From assembly GCA_964016885.1 (NCBI GenBank), contig OZ024743.1:222022001-222086000 (forward strand): DNA of 64,000 nucleotides, written 5' to 3'. The stretch comes from Eledone cirrhosa. Lineage: Eukaryota. The notes under the pieces were generated by a model. The model was not told where the DNA came from. It saw only the letters and a program-made list of their open reading frames with translations, and did not search any database. Of this stretch, positions 38,736 to 47,698 are shown piece by piece; within the stretch, counting starts at the first letter, position 1, and the number at the start of each line of letters is the position of its first letter. A program made the translations under genes and the position numbers.

Positions 38736-38960
38736 TGAGTCTCAGTCATTGATGTTATTTAACTGGAAAGTTTGTTGAAATGAATATCAAGCCACTACCT
38801 GCAGCCTCAGATATTCAGGACGTATCGGAGGGTTCTTACTGTTCCCAGCAAGCATGCCTTTTGAAGTGTTCCAAAAAGCGGGGCGAGACCAATTTTCTTT
38901 AACTATCCTTGGAAACTATTTGAGATAGTACCTAGTGCGCCTATGACAATCGGGACCAGT
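38736..38960 (-). mobile_element. 3'-end fragment of an R4/Dong-like RLE non-LTR retrotransposon ending in (AAT)n
   Basis: 38959-38807(-) translates as LVPIVIGALGTISNSFQG*LKKIGLAPLFGTLQKACLLGTVRTLRYVLNI*. This resembles the VPIVIGALG...QKA.LLGT...LR.VL C-terminus of R4-clade proteins. It is followed by a ~70-nt UTR and (AAT)n. Confidence 0.8.
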
Positions 38961-39221
38961 ATGTGTCTGTAAATTAAAGGTGGAAAACTGGAAGAGGGCA
39001 TTTTCCCTGGTGGTCAGGGTTACTGTGGCTTTTTAATGGGCTTTCTCCACGAATGTCCCTCGGAAGTCTCCCCCGTATTGGGGATTTTTCAGTGTTATTT
39101 TTTTGTTACATCCTCTGTTTTTGTTTTTTACACGCAGAAATGCCCATTTATACCGCCCTGTATTGTCCTGTACTGTCCTTAATGTCTACTTTATGTAAAC
39201 CCTTATGGTTAATAAAGAAAG

Positions 39222-39273
<52 letters not shown>
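38958..39273 (+). mobile_element. Solo 3' end of the Tx1-like LINE (last ORF2 codons, 3' UTR, (ATT)17)
   Basis: Aligns to 45028-45355 with substitutions and small deletions. Confidence 0.9.
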
Positions 39274-39490
39274 GAATGCTATGGTTGACGGAGGCTCGGC
39301 TCTGTAAGGTACTGTAAATTTTGAACGCTTTAACAATTGTAAATTGTTTAAAACTTAGACCAACTTGTAGACAAAAACACCCTCCTCCTCGTGAGAGGGG
39401 TCTTTCTGCCCGTTATTTGGCCCTTCGGGGTTAAATAACTGCTTATTGGGGGTTTGTACCCAATATTTATTTTAAACAAAAAAAAACAAC

Positions 39491-41587
39491 ATGGCTACGA
39501 AAAAGAATTTGCATAGGTCACTCCCACTCATTCCGTCTTCTTCTTCCTCAATCGTCACTACAGCAGAGAGAAGATTGTCTCTCTCCCTCCCTTCTTTAAA
39601 TGTGTCTCTCTCCCTCCCTTCTCTTTCGCAAGTGACGAAAGAAAAGAAAAGTCTCGTGCAAAGCGTGCAAGGTTTCTCCACGACGACGACGACAGCGACG
39701 AAACAGGTGTGCGGGAAATACGAAAACCCAGTTCATTCGTCTGACGTCAGGAATAATAGCAGTAGCAGCCGTAATAACAACAGCAACAGTGACAATGAAA
39801 ACAACAGTAGCAGCCGCAACAGCATCACCAGCAGCATAAACAACAACAGCATTAGCAGCAGCAACACCAACAACAACCACAGCAACAGCGGCGGAGGCAG
39901 TAGTCGTAGTACCTGCAGCAACAACAAAAGTACCAGCAGCTCTGACGACAACAACAACAGCAGAGAAAAACCAATCTCATTTGCAGGTATTGCGAAAAAC
40001 CTGGAAACAATCCTCATAACAAATGAGGAATTAGAGGAAGCGAAGAAGATGGTGACAAAGAACGGACACCGAGCAATCTGCAAGGCAGCGAAAAATTTTT
40101 TCGAAACCCAAGAGCACTGTACGGTCACGTACCGTACAGTAAGTACAAAATCCCGTAGGGTGGAAAGAGCCACAGAGGCCCAAATACAAAAAGCCTTGGG
40201 GTCTGTGTGGCAGAGGAAAACGCACATCACCCGAGGCAAAAAATACGCCACCGTAGACGTACTTTTTGCCACACCCCAGGAGGCAAAGGCCCAATCAGTA
40301 GTGACCCTAAGGAGCGAGGAAATGGTGTTGGTGCCCTCCTACTGCGGGCAAAAAATTGTGAGGGTCAAACTGACCCACGTCCCCCCCGGAATGACCCCTT
40401 CTTGGCTGGCCGCGTCTGTCCTCGTCGGAATCGAGGACAAAACAACTGTACTGCAAGTACAGAAAAAAGTAAGAGAAGATTGGGTCGGCTCCTCCATTGA
40501 GATGCTAATCCAAACCAACCAGGAGTGCATCGAAGCTATCCCGGATGTGATAGACTTCGATAACGGCACTCAACTGCCCATAAGTGTTGAGGGCAAACGC
40601 CCGAAATGCTTTCGCTGTGGATCGAAGACTCACCTCAGGGCCTTCTGCAACGAGAAGACCCTGAGAAAGGAGAAAACCCCCCTCCTCCCGAATCCGGTTC
40701 CACGGCTACCAGCAACAGGACAAGCGGCAACCAGGAACGATAGGTCCGTGGCACCCATACCCACTCCACGGAAATCAAAGACAGCAGCAGCAGTGGAAAT
40801 ATTAACAACAACAACAGCAATACCAAATGCAGCTGCAACAGAGACTCCAGTGCAAACATCACCAACAACAACAAGTGAAAGAGTGGAGCTGGTACCCCTC
40901 CCCGACCTTACAGAATCAGACATGGAGTGTGAGGTGGGAGAGGGATGGCAAAAGGTCTCAAGAAGGCACAAACGCAGAAGCAGCGCATCGTCGCCTTTGA
41001 AAAGGGAGGAAAGAAATGAGAAAAGGGTAAAGTCTACTGCAAAGAGACCCACAGCAGCAACAACACCAACACCATCACCACCCACACCAGCACCACCATC
41101 ACCACCGGCGACAACCCCACCGCCAACAACACCTTCAACACCACCACCACAAGCACCAACATCGCAAACACAACAACAAAACACACACACCCAGCAACAA
41201 CGACAAGAAAATAGCAGAACCACACCCCACCCCCAGAAAAACAAATGCACGGCAATAAACACACACAACAAGAAACTAATGACTTACATAATTGAACACA
41301 CAGACATTTCACAACAGGACTACATAATACCAGCACCAATCAAAACGCCAACTAACATAAGACTGCTAAAAATAGCACAGAAACAATACACAAACATTAA
41401 AACGAAATTCCCCAACGCAGTTGGTGATTTCAGGGACCTAGGAGGAACCATTAATCGAAGAGTATATTCAGACATTCTCTTAGAAGAGCCGACGACCAGC
41501 CGAAGGGACGATTCAACGGTCCCTTCACCAGACGATCAAGTGAAAAGGGATGTAAAAACCATCCCTCCTCTACCAAAAATACGGTAA
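39491..41587 (+). CDS. LINE ORF1 (698 aa): S/N-rich N-terminus, CCHC zinc knuckle, P/T-rich linker
   Basis: CFRCGSKTHLRAFC (CX2CX4HX4C); GWQKVSRRHKRR; lies upstream of ORF2. Confidence 0.9.
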   Translation: MATKKNLHRSLPLIPSSSSSIVTTAERRLSLSLPSLNVSLSLPSLSQVTKEKKSLVQSVQGFSTTTTTATKQVCGKYENPVHSSDVRNNSSSSRNNNSNSDNENNSSSRNSITSSINNNSISSSNTNNNHSNSGGGSSRSTCSNNKSTSSSDDNNNSREKPISFAGIAKNLETILITNEELEEAKKMVTKNGHRAICKAAKNFFETQEHCTVTYRTVSTKSRRVERATEAQIQKALGSVWQRKTHITRGKKYATVDVLFATPQEAKAQSVVTLRSEEMVLVPSYCGQKIVRVKLTHVPPGMTPSWLAASVLVGIEDKTTVLQVQKKVREDWVGSSIEMLIQTNQECIEAIPDVIDFDNGTQLPISVEGKRPKCFRCGSKTHLRAFCNEKTLRKEKTPLLPNPVPRLPATGQAATRNDRSVAPIPTPRKSKTAAAVEILTTTTAIPNAAATETPVQTSPTTTSERVELVPLPDLTESDMECEVGEGWQKVSRRHKRRSSASSPLKREERNEKRVKSTAKRPTAATTPTPSPPTPAPPSPPATTPPPTTPSTPPPQAPTSQTQQQNTHTQQQRQENSRTTPHPQKNKCTAINTHNKKLMTYIIEHTDISQQDYIIPAPIKTPTNIRLLKIAQKQYTNIKTKFPNAVGDFRDLGGTINRRVYSDILLEEPTTSRRDDSTVPSPDDQVKRDVKTIPPLPKIR

Positions 41588-41622
41588 GTGGTCTTTCCCA
41601 TCTTTTCCACTCTATTTTAAAC

Positions 41623-44600
41623 ATGACCTCACTCAGAATAGGCAGCATAAATGCGCGTGGCTTGGGGTCGTCATGGAAGCAGGGTCACCTGCTCAACGAC
41701 CTCAGGTCACTAAACATAGATGTAGTGGCCATCAGCGAGACCAGAATCTCCGAAGCACGGGCCTTCGCACCGATCTTCGGCGGCTACGATGTGTACGCAT
41801 CTCCCAGCCGTCCTGGATCCGGTGGAGGAGTTGCTGTGCTTTTTCGGAGAGGTTTGGATCTCGCCATACGGGCCATCTTCCTGGACCCAGAGGGTAAGCT
41901 GGTGGTGCTGGACGTGACCAGCGGAGACGGGCAAGCTTTCAGGCTAGTGGCCGTCTATGCCCCGACAGGAGCAGGGCGGCCTGATTTCTTCCGGCGTCTG
42001 GAGACCTTTCTTGGAACGTCGCGCTCTTTAGTGTTAGTGGGCGACTGGAACGGGATCTTAGATGCACGCTGGGACTGTGTGGGATTAGCGGATAGGGGTG
42101 GAGGGTGCAAGAGCCTCACCAACCTGCTCAGGCGTTTTGAACTGTCTGACAGGTACCGATTGGATTTCCCGAATGTGCCAATGTGGACTTGGACAAACCG
42201 CATAGGGTCATCCAGATCATATCTAGATAGAGTATTTTGTAGGGAAATAGATAGGTCTAGCATAGGCTGTCCACAATTCAAGATAGTCAGCTACACGGAC
42301 CACAAATTCGTGATCTGTGTGCTTGACTTAGATAGGCTTCATAGACGAGGACCCGGCTACTGGAAGCTAAACGCGTCCTTACCAGCGCGCAAGGCCTACA
42401 GAGACCGGATTAGCGAACTAGTTAAGCGGGCGTTGACGGGGGCCATCGTCAACAACAAGTGGTGGTTTGCTCTGAAAAGAGCGATTAGAATAGAATCGAT
42501 TAGGTTTAGTAAGGCTTTAGCAATAGAGAAAAATAGAGCAGAGGGAGAACTAGTTAGAAAATTAGACGAGGCGCTTAGCAAAGGCATTGCGACCGACGTG
42601 CTTGCGGCGAAATTGGCCCTTGACCAATTCTTCAATGCAAAGCACGAAGGCTGCGTTGTCAGAGCTAGGGTGCGTGCTCTCAGACACGAGGGGACGAAAG
42701 CCGTTCAATGGGCCCGAGTGGCGGAGGCGCGTCGTGGCAACAAAGCCACGATCCGGTCTTTGGTGGACCACGACGGGCGCATGCTACTCGATCCCGGGCA
42801 AATGTGTGAAGCTTTTCAGCGACACTTCGCTCAGCTGTTCGGGGGCAGCGGGGGGCCGGGTAGAGGGATGGACTTTAGTGTCTACCTCGACGGACTGCCG
42901 CGGCTCTCGGCCACTGAGGCGAAGTGTTGCGAAAAGCCGATAACAGCCGCTGAAGTAAGGGAGGCAATGACTGGCTGCACAAGGGGTAAATCGCCTGGTT
43001 TGGATGGTCTGCCCTATGAACTTTACGTACAGATGCCAGACTTGTTCGGAGGCCTCTTGGCGGACGTCTACTGCAACTGGCAACAGAACGGGAGAATTCC
43101 CAGTTCTGTGAGCCGAGGAGCGGTGGCACTGCTGAGAAAGGATCCGAACAAGGGGGATAACATAGACAATTTCCGGCCCATAACTCTGCTAAACACAGAG
43201 TTTAAGATTTTGGCCAAGGTGCTAGCAAAGAGGTTGGCGCTTGTCGTTGGTGGTCTGGTGGGAGAGGCGCAGACATGCGCCATTCCCGACAGATCCATCC
43301 ACGACAACCTCCACCTCATGCGATACATCGTAGAGAAGGTAGCTAGGGAACCTGGCACGGGTGGGTCCTTGATCAATTTAGATCAGTCGAAAGCTTTCGA
43401 TAGGGTCGACCATCGTTACCTAGCGGCAGTCCTGAGGGCGGCTGGCTTTGGGCCCGTCTTCAGAGGCTGGATCGCTGCCATGCACAGCGACATCTGCTCT
43501 GTGGTGAGAGTGAACGGTCACCTGTCGGAACCGTTCAACATCATGCGCTCGGTCCGCCAAGGATGTCCCCTCTCGTCCCTCTTGTACGTATTGACTCTCG
43601 AGCCATTACTGCACAAACTGGAGACGTTGAGGGGAGTCCCGCGCGAACTAGGATGCGGAAGATCCGTGTCAGCATATGCGGACGATGTCACCGTAGTGGT
43701 GTCGAACGCCAAACACATCGAGGCGATCGGCACTACACTAAGAGAATACGAAGCGGTGACAGGAGCAATGATCAACCAGGAAAAGTCAGTGGGCCTGCAG
43801 CTCGGCACCTGGAGAGGCAGGTCCATGCCGTCCAACAGCGTCGTCGGGCGCTGGACGGACGGACCGGTTAAATTGCTAGGGGTCTGGTTCGGTCCGGACC
43901 TCCAGACGGACAAAAACTGGGACGAGGTGACGAGCAGGGTGGCTTCTCTCACCCAGAAATGGGCGGAGAGGAAGCTATCCCTGAAAGGTCGAGCGGAGGT
44001 GGCTAACGCGTACATCGCGTCTGTCATCTGCTACCGCCTAACCGTCGTACCTTGTCCTAAGCCTCGCCTGACTGCGCTGGAGCGTTTGCTCTTTCGCTTT
44101 TTGTGGAAGGGACGTGCTCCGATGGTCAGGCGGTCCATCTGTTGTCAACACCCGCTACGTGGAGGGCTGGGCATGCCGTGGCTGATGATGCGCAGGCACG
44201 CGCTCAGGCTACGACATCTCCACCTCTTCCTCGACGGTGATCAGGTGTGGTCGCCGTTTGCTAGACGCGTTTTTCCCCAGCTCGTTTCCTTGACGGAGCT
44301 GCAGTCCTGGGTCAAGCGAAGACCGAGAGGGAGCGCCTGGAGACTGGAATGTCTTCAGGCGCTCACAGCCCTCGACCAATCGGGCAATGTGATCGGTGGA
44401 AACTCCACCTCGGCGTTCTATAGAGGATTAGTGGAGGGGAAGAGCGACGACGTACTTGGGGAAACTCTAGGCGTCGACGAAAATCAACTAGCCAATCTCT
44501 TCGGAAGAACCTTCGGGCCAGGGCCTATGGACAACTTCCAGAAATCTCTGGCCTGGCAGTGCTACCGAGGAGCCTTGCCAGTTCGGGATAAACTCTACAG

Positions 44601-45042
44601 GCATGGAGGTGCCGTCAGCCGGGCATGTCCGAGATGCGCGCAGGGCGACGAAACCGTCCTGCACGCACTCGTCCAGTGTCCGAAAATTGCTGACTTGTGG
44701 GTTTATGTCGAACACCTGCTGTCGCGTTTAGGACGGATCCAGCTATCATCTGAGTCTATCGTGAGGATTGCCCCGCCCTCCTCCTTTAGCCGGGAAGGGC
44801 AGGCAGTTTTTATCTGTCTGGTGGCCATGGCGAAAGAGATAGTATGGTGGACACGTTTGAAAGGGCTGAAGACGAGCACTTACCTCTTCGGTGATGCTCT
44901 GATTGACTTTTTCAAATTTCATTTGAAAAGGAAAATCAGAGTAGAGAAGGAAGTGCTCTCTTCCCAGCATTTTGTTGAAAGATGGGTGAGAGAAGCAAGA
45001 ATGGCCCGAGTGAATGGGCCGACTCTGAGTATATATCTGTAA
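41623..45042 (+). CDS. LINE ORF2 (1139 aa): AP endonuclease, RT, C-terminal zinc finger; L1/Tx1-like
   Basis: SINARGL, SET, VYAP, GDWN, YLDRVF, TDH, GPGYWKLN, KSPGLDGLP.E.Y, FRPITLLN, DQSKAFDRV, RQGCPLS, YADD, GGLG, CPRC....ETVLHALVQC. Confidence 0.96.
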   Translation: MTSLRIGSINARGLGSSWKQGHLLNDLRSLNIDVVAISETRISEARAFAPIFGGYDVYASPSRPGSGGGVAVLFRRGLDLAIRAIFLDPEGKLVVLDVTSGDGQAFRLVAVYAPTGAGRPDFFRRLETFLGTSRSLVLVGDWNGILDARWDCVGLADRGGGCKSLTNLLRRFELSDRYRLDFPNVPMWTWTNRIGSSRSYLDRVFCREIDRSSIGCPQFKIVSYTDHKFVICVLDLDRLHRRGPGYWKLNASLPARKAYRDRISELVKRALTGAIVNNKWWFALKRAIRIESIRFSKALAIEKNRAEGELVRKLDEALSKGIATDVLAAKLALDQFFNAKHEGCVVRARVRALRHEGTKAVQWARVAEARRGNKATIRSLVDHDGRMLLDPGQMCEAFQRHFAQLFGGSGGPGRGMDFSVYLDGLPRLSATEAKCCEKPITAAEVREAMTGCTRGKSPGLDGLPYELYVQMPDLFGGLLADVYCNWQQNGRIPSSVSRGAVALLRKDPNKGDNIDNFRPITLLNTEFKILAKVLAKRLALVVGGLVGEAQTCAIPDRSIHDNLHLMRYIVEKVAREPGTGGSLINLDQSKAFDRVDHRYLAAVLRAAGFGPVFRGWIAAMHSDICSVVRVNGHLSEPFNIMRSVRQGCPLSSLLYVLTLEPLLHKLETLRGVPRELGCGRSVSAYADDVTVVVSNAKHIEAIGTTLREYEAVTGAMINQEKSVGLQLGTWRGRSMPSNSVVGRWTDGPVKLLGVWFGPDLQTDKNWDEVTSRVASLTQKWAERKLSLKGRAEVANAYIASVICYRLTVVPCPKPRLTALERLLFRFLWKGRAPMVRRSICCQHPLRGGLGMPWLMMRRHALRLRHLHLFLDGDQVWSPFARRVFPQLVSLTELQSWVKRRPRGSAWRLECLQALTALDQSGNVIGGNSTSAFYRGLVEGKSDDVLGETLGVDENQLANLFGRTFGPGPMDNFQKSLAWQCYRGALPVRDKLYRHGGAVSRACPRCAQGDETVLHALVQCPKIADLWVYVEHLLSRLGRIQLSSESIVRIAPPSSFSREGQAVFICLVAMAKEIVWWTRLKGLKTSTYLFGDALIDFFKFHLKRKIRVEKEVLSSQHFVERWVREARMARVNGPTLSIYL

Positions 45043-45302
45043 ACTAAAGGTGGAAAACTGGGAGAGGGCACTTGCCTTGGTGGTCAGGGTCATTGTGGCT
45101 TTTTACTGGGCTTTCTCCACAAATGTTCCTCCGAAGTCTCCCCCCTATTGGGGAATTTTTCATTGTTATTTTCATTGTTATTTTTGTTACATCCTCTGTT
45201 TTTGTTTTTTTACACGCAGAAATGCCCATTTGTACCGTCCTGCATTGTCCTGCACTGTCCTTAATGTCTACTTTATGTAAACCCTTGTGGTTAATAAAGA
45301 AA

Positions 45303-45355
<53 letters not shown>

Positions 45356-45572
45356 GAATGCTATGGTTGACGGAGGCTCGGCTCTGTAAGGTACTGTAAA
45401 TTTTGAACGCTTTAACAATTGTAAATTGTTTAAAACTTAGACCAACTTGTAGACAAAAACACCCTCCTCCTCGTGAGAGGGGTCTTTCTGCCCGTTATTT
45501 GGCCCTTCGGGGTTAAATAACTGCTTATTGGGGGTTTGTACCCAATATTTATTTTAAACAAAAAAAAACAAC

Positions 45573-47663
45573 ATGGCTACGAAAAAGAATTTGCATAGGT
45601 CACTCCCACTCATTCCGTCTTCTTCTTCCTCAATCGTCACTACAGCAGAGAGAAGATTGTCTCTCTCCCTCCCTTCTTTAAATGTGTCTCTCTCCCTCCC
45701 TTCTCTTTCGCAAGTGACGAAAGAAAAGAAAAGTCTCGTGCAAAGCGTGCAAGGTTTCTCCACGACGACGACGACAGCGACGAAACAGGTGTGCGGGAAA
45801 TACGAAAACCCAGTTCATTCGTCTGACGTCAGGAATAATAGCAGTAGCAGCCGTAATAACAACAGCAACAGTGACAATGAAAACAACAGTAGCAGCCGCA
45901 ACAGCATCACCAGCAGCATAAACAACAACAGCATTAGCAGCAGCAACACCAACAACAACCACAGCAACAGCGGCGGAGGCAGTAGTCGTAGTACCTGCAG
46001 CAACAACAAAAGTACCAGCAGCTCTGACGACAACAACAACAGCAGAGAAAAACCAATCTCATTTGCAGGTATTGCGAAAAACCTGGAAACAATCCTCATA
46101 ACAAATGAGGAATTAGAGGAAGCGAAGAAGATGGTGACAAAGAACGGACACCGAGCAATCTGCAAGGCAGCGAAAAATTTTTTCGAAACCCAAGAGCACT
46201 GTACGGTCACGTACCGTACAGTAAGTACAAAATCCCGTAGGGTGGAAAGAGCCACAGAGGCCCAAATACAAAAAGCCTTGGGGTCTGTGTGGCAGAGGAA
46301 AACGCACATCACCCGAGGCAAAAAATACGCCACCGTAGACGTACTTTTTGCCACACCCCAGGAGGCAAAGGCCCAATCAGTAGTGACCCTAAGGAGCGAG
46401 GAAATGGTGTTGGTGCCCTCCTACTGCGGGCAAAAAATTGTGAGGGTCAAACTGACCCACGTCCCCCCCGGAATGACCCCTTCTTGGCTGGCCGCGTCTG
46501 TCCTCGTCGGAATCGAGGACAAAACAACTGTACTGCAAGTACAGAAAAAAGTAAGAGAAGATTGGGTCGGCTCCTCCATTGAGATGCTAATCCAAACCAA
46601 CCAGGAGTGCATCGAAGCTATCCCGGATGTGATAGACTTCGATAACGGCACTCAACTGCCCATAAGTGTTGAGGGCAAACGCCCGAAATGCTTTCGCTGT
46701 GGATCGAAGACTCACCTCAGGGCCTTCTGCAACGAGAAGACCCTGAGAAAGGAGAAAACCCCCCTCCTCCCGAATCCGGTTCCACGGCTACCAGCAACAG
46801 GACAAGCGGCAACCAGGAACGATAGGTCCGTGGCACCCATACCCACTCCACGGAAATCAAAGACAGCAGCAGCAGTGGAAATATTAACAACAACAACAGC
46901 AATACCAAATGCAGCTGCAACAGAGACTCCAGTGCAAACATCACCAACAACAACAAGTGAAAGAGTGGAGCTGGTACCCCTCCCCGACCTTACAGAATCA
47001 GACATGGAGTGTGAGGTGGGAGAGGGATGGCAAAAGGTCTCAAGAAGGCACAAACGCAGAAGCAGCGCATCGTCGCCTTTGAAAAGGGAGGAAAGAAATG
47101 AGAAAAGGGTAAAGTCTACTGCAAAGAGACCCACAGCAGCAACACCACCAACACCATCACCACCCACACCAGCACCACCATCACCACCGGCGACAACCCC
47201 ACCGCCAACAACACCTTCAACACCACAAGCACCAACATCGCAAACACAACAACAAAACACACACACCCAGCAACAACGACAAGAAAATAGCAGAACCACA
47301 CCCCACCCCCAGAAAAACAAATGCACGGCAATAAACACACACAACAAGAAACTAATGACTTACATAATTGAACACACAGACATTTCACAACAGGACTACA
47401 TAATACCAGCACCAATCAAAACGCCAACTAACATAAGACTGCTAAAAATAGCACAGAAACAATACACAAACATTAAAACGAAATTCCCCAACGCAGTTGG
47501 TGATTTCAGGGACCTAGGAGGAACCATTAATCGAAGAGTATATTCAGACATTCTCTTAGAAGAGCCGACGACCAGCCGAAGGGACGATTCAACGGTCCCT
47601 TCACCAGACGATCAAGTGAAAAGGGATGTAAAAACCATCCCTCCTCTACCAAAAATACGGTAA
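45573..47663 (+). CDS. LINE ORF1 (696 aa)
   Basis: As copy 1, with a 2-codon deletion in the proline-rich tract. Confidence 0.9.
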   Translation: MATKKNLHRSLPLIPSSSSSIVTTAERRLSLSLPSLNVSLSLPSLSQVTKEKKSLVQSVQGFSTTTTTATKQVCGKYENPVHSSDVRNNSSSSRNNNSNSDNENNSSSRNSITSSINNNSISSSNTNNNHSNSGGGSSRSTCSNNKSTSSSDDNNNSREKPISFAGIAKNLETILITNEELEEAKKMVTKNGHRAICKAAKNFFETQEHCTVTYRTVSTKSRRVERATEAQIQKALGSVWQRKTHITRGKKYATVDVLFATPQEAKAQSVVTLRSEEMVLVPSYCGQKIVRVKLTHVPPGMTPSWLAASVLVGIEDKTTVLQVQKKVREDWVGSSIEMLIQTNQECIEAIPDVIDFDNGTQLPISVEGKRPKCFRCGSKTHLRAFCNEKTLRKEKTPLLPNPVPRLPATGQAATRNDRSVAPIPTPRKSKTAAAVEILTTTTAIPNAAATETPVQTSPTTTSERVELVPLPDLTESDMECEVGEGWQKVSRRHKRRSSASSPLKREERNEKRVKSTAKRPTAATPPTPSPPTPAPPSPPATTPPPTTPSTPQAPTSQTQQQNTHTQQQRQENSRTTPHPQKNKCTAINTHNKKLMTYIIEHTDISQQDYIIPAPIKTPTNIRLLKIAQKQYTNIKTKFPNAVGDFRDLGGTINRRVYSDILLEEPTTSRRDDSTVPSPDDQVKRDVKTIPPLPKIR

Positions 47664-47698
47664 GTGGTCTTTCCCATCTTTTCCACTCTATTTTAAAC

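Larger units (their letters stand above)
39274..45355 (+). mobile_element. Full-length L1/Tx1-like LINE, array copy 1 (6082 bp, tail (ATT)17)
   Basis: 217-nt 5' UTR, ORF1, 35-nt spacer, ORF2, 3' UTR with AATAAA, ATT tail. Confidence 0.95.

Noticed and set aside
38958-45355. LTR retrotransposon (the 3' UTR sequence occurs at both ends of each unit)
   Set aside because: No integrase, protease or RNase H, no TG..CA ends and no PBS. ORF2 is APE-RT, and the repeats come from tandem arrangement.
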